Shown in pieces: positions 20,460 to 29,195 of a DNA stretch of 64,000 bases. The position numbers and the translations under genes are program-made. The notes under the pieces were generated by a model that was not told the DNA's origin, ran no database searches, and saw only the letters and a program-made list of their open reading frames with translations. The stretch comes from a virus, in the IMG/VR virus record IMGVR_UViG_3300043775_002839, positions 1 to 64,000 of that record, one strand, 5' to 3'. Each line of letters opens with the position of its first letter. Positions within the stretch are counted from its first letter, which is position 1.

Positions 20460-21293
20460 ATGCCAAGTACAAGTAAAGCACAACAACAACTAATGGGTAT
20501 GGCATACTCTCTTAAAAAAGGAGATATGGACCCTAAAGATGCAAGCCAAGAGGTTAAAGACCTTGCAGATTCTATGACACTTCAACAATTGAAAGATTTT
20601 GCAAGTACAAAACATGAAGGACTACCTGACCACGTTAAAGAGGCTGAAGACCATGAGGTTGGAATGGCAATGAGTCAACTTAATGCAATTTCCAAAGCAG
20701 TTGGTGAATTACTTCAAAAAATTGGAAGAGAAGAAAAGGACCTGCCAGGATGGTTGCAAGACCATATTTCGCAGTCTTATAATTATATCAAACAGGCAAA
20801 CGATGGTTATCATGAACTTGATGAGATGGTTTCTCCTGATAGTATTGGAGGAATGGGAGCTACTGCCCTACCTTCACCAACTGGAGTAGGTTCTGGAGAC
20901 GTTCCAAAAGGAAGAGGAGATGCAAAAGAGGAAGAGGAAGAAGAAAAAAAGAGACGCAAAGAGTTCTTAAAAAAGTTTAAATCTTTTGAAGAGTTTATAA
21001 ATGAAGCAAGTCTACAAACAATTTCCGGAAATAGTGGTAGAACTATTACATTATTAGATAATAAAAAGTACGAATTAAAGAAAGATGTTAAAAATGCAAA
21101 AATAGGAGACTATGTTAATGTTATCTTGCCAAAAGGAACTATTATTACAAATTTACCTGGTGGAATATTTGCAAATCATACTTCATTAAAACAAAATCGT
21201 AATTACAAGTGGTCCGGCGATATTGGAGTAAGAATCACTTCTATGCCTGAAACAATTCATGAAATTGAAAAGAATGGAAAAGTATTAGAATAA
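20460..21293 (+). CDS. DUF3008-like N-terminal domain fused to further modules
   Basis: MPSTSKAQQQLMG...SMT..QLKDFASTKH.GLP pattern; internal KKFKSFEEFINEA. Confidence 0.55.
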   Translation: MPSTSKAQQQLMGMAYSLKKGDMDPKDASQEVKDLADSMTLQQLKDFASTKHEGLPDHVKEAEDHEVGMAMSQLNAISKAVGELLQKIGREEKDLPGWLQDHISQSYNYIKQANDGYHELDEMVSPDSIGGMGATALPSPTGVGSGDVPKGRGDAKEEEEEEKKRRKEFLKKFKSFEEFINEASLQTISGNSGRTITLLDNKKYELKKDVKNAKIGDYVNVILPKGTIITNLPGGIFANHTSLKQNRNYKWSGDIGVRITSMPETIHEIEKNGKVLE

Positions 21294-21315
21294 TAAAAAA
21301 ATTGAAACAATATTT

Positions 21316-21346
21316 AAAACCTCAGTATAACTACTGAGGTTTTTTT
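21316..21346 (+). terminator. Rho-independent terminator overlapping an early-type promoter
   Basis: AAAACCTCAGTA-loop-TACTGAGGTTTT followed by a T-run. Confidence 0.7.
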
Positions 21347-21355
21347 AATTTAACA

Positions 21356-21631
21356 ATGATGCAATATTTTTTTAAACCAGACAATTTTGAAAGATGGTCA
21401 AATTTGGCCACTGAAAAAATAAATAAGACAATTGATTCATGTACTACTCTAAGGCAACTAGAATCAGCCAAACAGATGATCGACACATTCATAATGATTA
21501 CTGCTCTCGAAGACAATATTGAAGCAGATGAACTAGAATGGATTGTAAACCTATATTGGCTAAGAATAATTTTAAAAAAACAAATTATTTTGAAACAAAC
21601 CAAAGATAGTGAGTATAAATTAAGAACTTAA
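21356..21631 (+). CDS. Hypothetical protein
   Basis: 91 aa ORF downstream of the TGAAAC-N17-TATAA promoter at 21303. Confidence 0.5.
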   Translation: MMQYFFKPDNFERWSNLATEKINKTIDSCTTLRQLESAKQMIDTFIMITALEDNIEADELEWIVNLYWLRIILKKQIILKQTKDSEYKLRT

Positions 21632-21642
21632 AAATAAACAAA

Positions 21643-23067
21643 ATGGAATTTATAGACGCATTAAGACAAGATGATATGTTAACTGAAAATGGAATGGCGA
21701 CAAATTCGACATCATTGAATGCTTGCGTTGACCTTTTCTTTAACATTGGAGCTATGAGAGGACAGGACAAGCAACGTTTGATTGCTACTTTCTCTAAAGC
21801 ATTTAATGAAGACCCAAAGCGCGCTATGAAACTTCTTTTTTGGGCTAGAGATGTTCGAGGTGGAGCTGGAGAACGTCAAGTTTTCAAAGACATTTTAGTC
21901 TACTTGGCAGAAAACCACGACTTGGTACTTAAACCAAACTTACACTTAATTTCTGAGTATGGACGTTGGGATGATTTATTAGTCTTAACAGGAAAATATC
22001 TTGAAAAAGAGGCATTCACCCTAATTTCAGATGCTTTAATTGCTGAAAATAATTTATGTGCAAAATGGATGCCCCGTAAAGGACCAATCGCTGAAAAGTT
22101 ACGTAAATTTACTGGAATGTCTCCAAAACAATACAGAAAATCTCTTGTAGGTTTAACTAATGTTGTTGAAACTAAAATGTGTGCTAAAGATTGGAATTCT
22201 ATTGACTTCGGTAAATTACCATCAGTAGCTTCTGCACGTTACCAAAAAGCCTTTGGTAAAAATGCATACGAAAGTTATTCAGCGTATATTGCTTCCCTTG
22301 TAAAAGGTGAGGCTAAGATTAATGCAGGTGCAGTTTATCCTTACGATATTATTACATCGTTAGAGCGTGGAAATGCAACCGTAGCAAACGAACAATGGAA
22401 AGCCTTGCCAAACTATTTGGAAGGTGCAAATGATATGATTTTACCAGTAGTAGACGTTTCAGGTTCTATGTCAACTCCAGCTGGTGGAAGTAAAACTGTA
22501 ACTTGTATGAATGTTGCAATCTCATTAGGTCTCTATATTTCTGAAAGAAATGAAGGTCCTTTCAAAGATGCATTTATTACATTCTCAAGTAAACCACAGT
22601 TACAAGTATTAAGTGGCTCACTGAATGATCGCTACACACAGATGTCAGACTCTGATTGGGGAATGTCAACAGATCTTGAGGCTACATTCAAACTGATCCT
22701 AGATCAGGCCACTAAGCACAAATTATCGCAAGATAAAATGCCAAACAAAATCCTAATCCTATCGGATATGGAGTTTAACACGGCAACATCAAAACGATAT
22801 GGAATAGAAAGTGGATGGAATCCAACTGCGCAGCAGATGATTGAAACTATGTATTCCGATGCAGGTTACAAAGTACCTCAAATTGTTTACTGGAACATTC
22901 AATCCCGAAACGGAGGAGTACCAGTTTCATTTGATGCTAAAGGAACTGCCCTAATTTCAGGATTCTCTCCAGCGATTATGACAAGCCTACTTGGAGGAGA
23001 TATAGAATCTCCACAACAAATAATGGATAAAACAATTTTGAGTGAGAGATACGCTCCAGTTGTTTAA
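21643..23067 (+). CDS. TROVE/Ro60-like (DUF2828-type) protein with C-terminal vWA domain
   Basis: TENG...ACVDLFF, RDVRGGAGER, YGRWDDL, AKWMPR, MIDAS motif DVSGSM, ILSDMEF, IVYWN. Confidence 0.8.
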   Translation: MEFIDALRQDDMLTENGMATNSTSLNACVDLFFNIGAMRGQDKQRLIATFSKAFNEDPKRAMKLLFWARDVRGGAGERQVFKDILVYLAENHDLVLKPNLHLISEYGRWDDLLVLTGKYLEKEAFTLISDALIAENNLCAKWMPRKGPIAEKLRKFTGMSPKQYRKSLVGLTNVVETKMCAKDWNSIDFGKLPSVASARYQKAFGKNAYESYSAYIASLVKGEAKINAGAVYPYDIITSLERGNATVANEQWKALPNYLEGANDMILPVVDVSGSMSTPAGGSKTVTCMNVAISLGLYISERNEGPFKDAFITFSSKPQLQVLSGSLNDRYTQMSDSDWGMSTDLEATFKLILDQATKHKLSQDKMPNKILILSDMEFNTATSKRYGIESGWNPTAQQMIETMYSDAGYKVPQIVYWNIQSRNGGVPVSFDAKGTALISGFSPAIMTSLLGGDIESPQQIMDKTILSERYAPVV

Positions 23068-23084
23068 AGATATATACAATAAAT

Positions 23085-23380
23085 TGGTTCCTTACAGCAA
23101 ACGATACAAGCAATTATAAACTACGCAAAATCGGAACCAGGTGGATCGGTACAGCAAAAAGTACAAACACAGCTATGATAGCCAGACGTATTACAGAGAT
23201 TGCATCAAGTATAACAGGCAAATGGAAGTTTAACCAGGATAAAAAATGGATCACCAGTCGCACCACCTCAATAGGTGATAAGTAGGATGGGTCGAAGTTT
23301 AGTAGACGCTCGCGAACATCAAAGCCGAAGACTATAAAATGGGTTATTCCGCCGGGAAGAAAATCACGAAAAACGATCCC
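23085..23380 (+). ncRNA. Candidate structured ncRNA(s) downstream of the TROVE gene
   Basis: Lies between a GATATATA promoter (23069) and a terminator (23391-23435); stems TGGTTCC/GGAACCA and GGATCG/CGATCC, each followed by TACAGCAA; no + strand ORF of 60 aa or more. Confidence 0.55.
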
Positions 23381-23390
23381 GTAATAATTT

Positions 23391-23435
23391 AATCCTGACA
23401 AAATTGTTAATAACTTTTTTAGTCAGGATTTTTTT
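23391..23435 (+). terminator. Rho-independent terminator
   Basis: AATCCTGAC...GTCAGGATT followed by a T-run. Confidence 0.6.
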
Positions 23436-23485
23436 ATGTCGATTTTTTGTATTATATTTACATATCTAATTTAAACAAACATATT

Positions 23486-23710
23486 ATGACTTCAATTTTA
23501 ACACAAGAACGTTACAATCAAATTATGAATAACCAAACATACTTGACTCAAGAAGAGTATGATTTTTGTTTTAATATTAACCCATCAGAGGTTCGTACAT
23601 CGACTTCATATATTGGAGATTATTCAAAATCTGGTGCATACTTAAACTGTAATGTTTATAGTGAGCATGACCATGAAAAACGTCAGTTTGAAATGGAAAC
23701 TGGTCTTTAA
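23486..23710 (+). CDS. Hypothetical protein (start revised to ATG 23486)
   Basis: Starts MTSILTQERYNQ; internal LTQE duplication. Confidence 0.5.
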   Translation: MTSILTQERYNQIMNNQTYLTQEEYDFCFNINPSEVRTSTSYIGDYSKSGAYLNCNVYSEHDHEKRQFEMETGL

Positions 23711-23765
23711 TAAAGTACATAAAAAACAAAACCAATATATAACATATAATACTTAAACACAAACT

Positions 23766-24041
23766 ATGAATATTTTAGATGAAGCAAGCGGAATAGTTAA
23801 TAACCGCTCCGAAGAAGCAGACAGAAATTACGGTCCATTTTCAGAAGGTATGGACCGGGCTGCAATGATTTTTAAAGGTATGACCGGACTTGAAGTTACA
23901 GGTGAACACATGTTTAAAGCGCTAGTTGCACTTAAATTCTCTAGAGAATCGTACAATCACAAGCGTGATAACTTATTAGATGCAGTTGCATATATCCAAG
24001 GATTAGACAACTACATTAACGAAAAGCAAAACAATGGTTAA
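23766..24041 (+). CDS. DUF6378-like small helical protein (nucleotide-modification associated)
   Basis: ILDEA..IV..R...YG, LKFSR, HKRDNLLDAVAY. Confidence 0.6.
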   Translation: MNILDEASGIVNNRSEEADRNYGPFSEGMDRAAMIFKGMTGLEVTGEHMFKALVALKFSRESYNHKRDNLLDAVAYIQGLDNYINEKQNNG

Positions 24042-25083
24042 CATTTACACAGTTTTAGATTCATTAAAAGGTAAGAAGATTGCAATTGATGATGTTGTAA
24101 CTACGTATAGTTCAAAGAAGGCCAGCCATAAAAGTGCATGGGCCTTCTTATTAGCTAATCAATTAAAGTCTCTCAGTTTGGATGTTGAAGTACTTACCAA
24201 GTCAGAAGATATTCATCAATATGATATCTGGTTGGTAGCTCTTCCAATGGAATTCCAAGGGTCTTATAACTTATTTGGTGGAGCCACTGACGAACCAGCA
24301 GAGAGAATTAAAAGATTCTTAGATTTTAATGGAACAATATATTGTTTGAATCGAGAAATGCCAAATGTTGGACAATTTGCCGAAAGCCGAATGAAATCAT
24401 GTTCTCCTCTGTGGGCATCTCTTAATACTGAGGCACTTACAAAAAGAAGTTTGGAAACACAAACGATTGAATTAAAACTAGATTCTAAAACATTTGTTTT
24501 AGGAGATTCTCATTCAGTTTCAGTGTACCATCCAGGTTCAAATATTAGTCGAAATGATGGTAAAACCCTATTTGGAGTCTTAAAAGAAGGAATGCGATCT
24601 TATATTCCTTTAGATACTGAACACTTAATAACGTACTTTGGAAACATCGATGTTCGTCATCACTTATGTCGACAAGAAAAACCAGTCGAAGCGGTTAAAA
24701 GTTTAGTAGCAAACTACTTTGAACACCTTAAATCATTAGGAATTCAAAAGAATACCATCGTAAAATTATTACCAATCGAATTTGAAGGTCGTAGAATTCC
24801 TAAAACTGGCTACCATAAAGGAACACCATTTATCGGAACTCAACGAGAACGGACTCAATTAATGGAAATATTTAACGAAGAGGTTGACAAACTCTCGGCT
24901 ATATATAATATGAACGTAATCGAATGGCCGATTCACTGGTACTCAGCAGACCCTCAATACTTTGCCGATACCTATATGGAAAAGCCAGGTTCTGTTCACC
25001 TATCTAGAGAGTTTTACCAATATGATTTCGAGACGTCCGAAAAAAATGTTGTCCTAAAGAAGACTATCAATACTCTTTTTTGA
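24034..25083 (+). CDS. Hypothetical protein with SGNH-like C-terminal half
   Basis: VLGDSHS, YFGNIDVRHH, SVHLS motifs. Confidence 0.5.
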   Translation: MVNIYTVLDSLKGKKIAIDDVVTTYSSKKASHKSAWAFLLANQLKSLSLDVEVLTKSEDIHQYDIWLVALPMEFQGSYNLFGGATDEPAERIKRFLDFNGTIYCLNREMPNVGQFAESRMKSCSPLWASLNTEALTKRSLETQTIELKLDSKTFVLGDSHSVSVYHPGSNISRNDGKTLFGVLKEGMRSYIPLDTEHLITYFGNIDVRHHLCRQEKPVEAVKSLVANYFEHLKSLGIQKNTIVKLLPIEFEGRRIPKTGYHKGTPFIGTQRERTQLMEIFNEEVDKLSAIYNMNVIEWPIHWYSADPQYFADTYMEKPGSVHLSREFYQYDFETSEKNVVLKKTINTLF

Positions 25084-25133
25084 AACTTTTTAAATAAAAC
25101 AAGTATAAAAATTATAAATTAAATTTTAAGAAA

Positions 25134-26321
25134 ATGAACAAAATTAAAGTAGGAATTATTGGAACTGGAAATTGCGCTAAATCATTAGTTGAAGGTGTAC
25201 AATATTACACAGAGAATCCAAATGATATTACCGGAATGATGAAGTCCGATATTGGAGGTTACAAAGCAGAAAATATTGAATTTGTCTGTGGATTCGAAAT
25301 TGATGAACGTAAAGTTAATCAAACATTAGGATATGCACTTAAACAAAGACCAAACTCTGCATGGGACATTGTTGATGTAATCAAATCTGAGGCTCCAGTT
25401 TATGAGGCTCCAGTAATTGATGGTTATGCAGCCCTTATGGATAACTATCCAGAACAAAATCGTTTCTTAGTTGACGAAAAACTAAGAAATTCTACAGACA
25501 TGAATCGCACTGATTGGACACCAAAAAAATCAAGAGAATGGAAGGATTCAATCATTGCTAAATTAAAAGACCATGGAGTTGAGGTATTGATTAACTACTT
25601 ACCGGTAGGTTCTCAAAAAACAACTGAATTCTGGGCTGAAATTTGTCTTGAAACAGGAATCTCACTAGTAAACTGTATTCCAGTTTTTATTGCATCTGAC
25701 CCAGCTTGGGAGCAGCGATTTATCGATGCTGGAATTCCAATTATTGGAGATGATATGCGTTCTCAATTTGGAGCAAGTATTCTTTCTCAAATGTTACAAG
25801 AACTTGCCTTTGAAAGAGGACATCATGTAAAAGCCCACATCCAAAGAAATGTTGGAGGTAACACAGATTTCTTAAACATGGAAGACAAATCTCGTCTAGC
25901 ATCTAAAAAGATTTCTAAAGAAAATGTTATCCGTGCACAAAACGAAATCCGTGGAATTTCAACTGAAGATTCATTCTTACACGCAGGTCCTTCTGAATAT
26001 ATCGCATTCTATGGTGATAACAAAGTTGCTAACTTCCGTTTAGAACTTACAGGATTCGGTGGAGCACCAGTTCTTTTTGATGCTCAATTAAGTGTACAAG
26101 ACTCTCCAAACTCTGCAGGAGTTGTAATTGACGCAGTTCGTTACTTAAGAGTTGCAAGAGAATTAGGAGTTGTAGGAGCCTTAAGAGGTCCTTCAGCATT
26201 TACACAAAAAACCCCACCAGACCAGATGATGTTTGCTGACGCTGTTTATGAATGTACTGAATTGGCTGCAAGACGCCTAACAGATTCTACAAGAAAACAG
26301 TTAGTTGCTAAAACAAAATAA
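25134..26321 (+). CDS. ino1: myo-inositol-1-phosphate (inositol-3-phosphate) synthase
   Basis: GIIGTGNCAKSLVEG, NYLPVGS, GDD.RSQFGA, NVGGNTDFLNM, SKKISK, DSPNSAGVVIDAVR. Confidence 0.93.
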   Translation: MNKIKVGIIGTGNCAKSLVEGVQYYTENPNDITGMMKSDIGGYKAENIEFVCGFEIDERKVNQTLGYALKQRPNSAWDIVDVIKSEAPVYEAPVIDGYAALMDNYPEQNRFLVDEKLRNSTDMNRTDWTPKKSREWKDSIIAKLKDHGVEVLINYLPVGSQKTTEFWAEICLETGISLVNCIPVFIASDPAWEQRFIDAGIPIIGDDMRSQFGASILSQMLQELAFERGHHVKAHIQRNVGGNTDFLNMEDKSRLASKKISKENVIRAQNEIRGISTEDSFLHAGPSEYIAFYGDNKVANFRLELTGFGGAPVLFDAQLSVQDSPNSAGVVIDAVRYLRVARELGVVGALRGPSAFTQKTPPDQMMFADAVYECTELAARRLTDSTRKQLVAKTK

Positions 26322-26342
26322 GTCTAACAATTACATTAACCT

Positions 26343-26372
26343 AAAGGGAGAGAAATAACTCTCCCTTTTTTT
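26343..26372 (+). terminator. Rho-independent terminator
   Basis: AAAGGGAGAG-loop-CTCTCCCTTT followed by a T-run. Confidence 0.7.
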
Positions 26373-26387
26373 ATCAAAACTTTAAGC

Positions 26388-26786
26388 ATGTTAAATATTT
26401 TTAAAACAAAAAAACCAATCGATATCTACGGATATGATTTTGACGGAGTAATTTCAATTGGAATAACTCCAAGAGCCACCACCGATTTTATTATTACTGG
26501 AAGATGCGTCGATGAACAGGACGAAGTTCGTGCAATTCTTAAAGAGAGAGGAATTAAATGCAAGGTCTATTTTAATCCAATGACCTTAGCAGAGCGTGGA
26601 AACCATACTGTTGCGGCAAGAAGACATTCTGGACATCATAAGGCACATACAATTAACCGTTTAAAAGGTGAAGGTGTTATTGTTTCCAGGTTTTTTGAAG
26701 ATGACCCAATACAATACCAAATCATTCAGGAAAACTGTCCTGATGTCGAATTGGTTAATATTGTATCAAAATTAGTACAGAAGTAA
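26388..26786 (+). CDS. HAD-superfamily phosphatase (capless)
   Basis: Motif I YDFDGV, motif II ITGR, motif III K, motif IV FEDD. Confidence 0.75.
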   Translation: MLNIFKTKKPIDIYGYDFDGVISIGITPRATTDFIITGRCVDEQDEVRAILKERGIKCKVYFNPMTLAERGNHTVAARRHSGHHKAHTINRLKGEGVIVSRFFEDDPIQYQIIQENCPDVELVNIVSKLVQK

Positions 26787-26787
26787 G

Positions 26788-27489
26788 ATGTCTAGAGTTA
26801 AACTTCCAGAGTTTCCAATTTCTAAGTTGGAAAGGACCAGACTTAAAAAGAAATATGTTAAGATACTAGGAGCATCAGAAGGCGTTGATGACGCTATGAT
26901 TGGCGAAAGCATTTCTAATTATTTAATACCTGAGGTTGACTATAAGGGAGCAGTTTGTTTAGATCTTGGAGCTAATATCGGCACATTTACTCAAATCGCA
27001 CTGGATTCCGGAGCAAGTAAAGTATGTACGGTAGAATGTGATGTCAGAAACTTTGAAAAACTAAGAGAAACATTTAAAAATGACGACTATGTTGACTTGG
27101 TTTATGCTGCAGTTTCTGGGCTTCCCGAAAAGACCCTAAAAATATTCAAATCCCATAGTCAAAATGCGCATTGTTCAACTTCAATTGAGAATAAGATAAA
27201 GTTCAGTGAATATGACTATGTTGAAAATATCCATCTAAAAAAGTTATTAAAAAAATACAAGCCAGATATTATAAAGATGGATATTGAATCTGCAGAGTAT
27301 ACCCTAATCGATACCTTAATAGATTACCAACCTAAATATTTGTTTATTGAATTACACGCTGGAAAGCACAGGGCTGAAATGTATCAGGTGTTAGAAAGGT
27401 TAGAGACTGTTTACCCGTACTCAAGGATAGTTCCACTAATTATATTCACCGACAATTTAATAGCGCACGATTGCTTTTTTAAAAAATAA
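26788..27489 (+). CDS. FkbM-family SAM-dependent methyltransferase
   Basis: LDLGANIG, VE, AAVS, IKMDIESAEY, IELH. Confidence 0.8.
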   Translation: MSRVKLPEFPISKLERTRLKKKYVKILGASEGVDDAMIGESISNYLIPEVDYKGAVCLDLGANIGTFTQIALDSGASKVCTVECDVRNFEKLRETFKNDDYVDLVYAAVSGLPEKTLKIFKSHSQNAHCSTSIENKIKFSEYDYVENIHLKKLLKKYKPDIIKMDIESAEYTLIDTLIDYQPKYLFIELHAGKHRAEMYQVLERLETVYPYSRIVPLIIFTDNLIAHDCFFKK

Positions 27490-27492
27490 AAT

Positions 27493-28686
27493 ATGAAAAT
27501 GACTTCAAATAAACAATTGCTTGAGATGGATTCTCAGGCACTATTGGATTTAATACCAACAGAAAAAAAGCAGCTCATTCGAGATTTTATTCATGAAATG
27601 AATCGAAGAGAATATGAGGTTCGTTTTGCAAAAACCTGTACTTTTGATACTTTTAGGCATCGAGAAGGTACTGGAGAGGACAAATTTGGGCATGGATTTA
27701 TTGTAGAGGGACGATCAGTTCCATACTTCCACCCAAATCGTTCGTTTCACGACGAGATTATTTGGTTAAACGAAAATGTCTTCTACAATCCAGAATGTAC
27801 CTTTGAAGACCGACTAATTAATGCAGCAATTGTAAAATTCTATGGACCGTCAAATACAATTAGTCTATTAACACACGACACTGGATTTCCATTTGTTAAA
27901 TATGACCGATTAGTTAATGATGAGAAGTATGTTCTGCAGTGCATGGTTAATATGGAGAATGCCAGAAGACGTGGAGAAAAGATTTATGGTACTACAGAAT
28001 TACGAACAAGTTTGCAGACAGAATCGAGAAACCATGCCCGAGTTCTTAAAACTCCTTATGATGTATTAATCAATGCCGAACCGGATCCAACCAGACAGAG
28101 TCGAACAAGCGATATGTTTTTTTGGTTTACCTTACTAGGTCCTCGTTTTGCAGAATTTTATGCTAAGAAGCCGACAATGGAAGAATCGTTTGACTTTTTA
28201 ACATCGCATCGAGGAATTGGAAACTATTATGGATATCACTTTAGTACCAACCTTGCCCGAATGCCTGAAATTGGGACTCCTGATCTATTGCGACCAAACA
28301 GTTTATCTGGAAATCTTAACGAAGATGATGACTTTGTTGCACCTGGAGTTGGAGCGATGACCACAATCAACTGGTTCTATGAAGACTTAGGTTTTTCAAT
28401 CTCATCTGATGTTGGAGCCAAGGTTATCAGACAAATCAGGGACACTCAACACGATTTCTTTGATTTTACTGGAGAGAATCTTGACTATTTAGAAACTATC
28501 ACAGAGACTGGAAGGTTTACAACTTTTGGTACAGAAATTAGTTGTTGTCAGTTTGGCGTATTTTTACGATTGAGAGACAGCAAGAAAATGGCCCTAAACC
28601 GCGCAAATGCTCCAATTTCAAAAGAGCAAATTGGCGAATCATGCGAGGTTGAAAACGTATCATTTAAAAGTTCATGTTTATTTTAA
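27493..28686 (+). CDS. aGPT-Pplase1 / amino-acid:DNA-transferase-like DNA base hypermodification enzyme (HhH glycosylase-like fold)
   Basis: F...MNRR, F.PNR..HD, DRLIN, RGIGNYYGY, EDDDFVAPGVGA, EISCCQF, resembling clade-1 motifs GIG.F.AY / DFV..GPGA / E..LCE. Confidence 0.6.
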   Translation: MKMTSNKQLLEMDSQALLDLIPTEKKQLIRDFIHEMNRREYEVRFAKTCTFDTFRHREGTGEDKFGHGFIVEGRSVPYFHPNRSFHDEIIWLNENVFYNPECTFEDRLINAAIVKFYGPSNTISLLTHDTGFPFVKYDRLVNDEKYVLQCMVNMENARRRGEKIYGTTELRTSLQTESRNHARVLKTPYDVLINAEPDPTRQSRTSDMFFWFTLLGPRFAEFYAKKPTMEESFDFLTSHRGIGNYYGYHFSTNLARMPEIGTPDLLRPNSLSGNLNEDDDFVAPGVGAMTTINWFYEDLGFSISSDVGAKVIRQIRDTQHDFFDFTGENLDYLETITETGRFTTFGTEISCCQFGVFLRLRDSKKMALNRANAPISKEQIGESCEVENVSFKSSCLF

Positions 28687-28727
28687 ACAGTTTCAAAATT
28701 ACCTATAAAACTATTATATAAAAACTT

Positions 28728-29195
28728 ATGGCAAATATAGACAATCAATGTAAAGACCTTGAAGTTCATGACTTCTATTCAAATTCGACCACCCACCTGG
28801 CGGATATTATGGAAAACCAAAAGAGGATGCAAGAGCAAACTTATGGTTTCAATTTTGAAAATATGTCAATTAGAGAAATTATGAACTTCTGGCATGTCAA
28901 TACACACGCGGTAGTTGATGAAATTCATGAAATGACCGATGCCCTTGGAGGTATTAAAGATGGTAGTGGAAATGCAGTTTGGAAATACTGGAAAAAAGAC
29001 TTTGCAAAGTATGAAACTATGAAAGTTTCCGACCTATCAGAAGAGGACAAAAAAGAACTTTATATGGAATGGGTAGACATACTACATTTCTTTATAAATT
29101 ATGCATCTTCAATCGGATTAGATGCAAAAACAGCATACAATTATTACTTCGCAAAAGCAGAAGAAAATGTTAACCGCCAAAAAAGAGGATATTAA
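28728..29195 (+). CDS. All-alpha dCTP/dUTP pyrophosphatase (T4 gp56/dimeric dUTPase-like)
   Basis: DEIHE, WKYWK, EWVDILHF, K..EN..RQ.RGY. Confidence 0.8.
   Translation: MANIDNQCKDLEVHDFYSNSTTHLADIMENQKRMQEQTYGFNFENMSIREIMNFWHVNTHAVVDEIHEMTDALGGIKDGSGNAVWKYWKKDFAKYETMKVSDLSEEDKKELYMEWVDILHFFINYASSIGLDAKTAYNYYFAKAEENVNRQKRGY

Noticed and set aside
23114-23401. 95-aa minus-strand ORF
   Set aside because: Antisense to a region flanked by a + strand promoter and terminator, starts inside the terminator stem and has no recognisable motif; an ncRNA explains the region better
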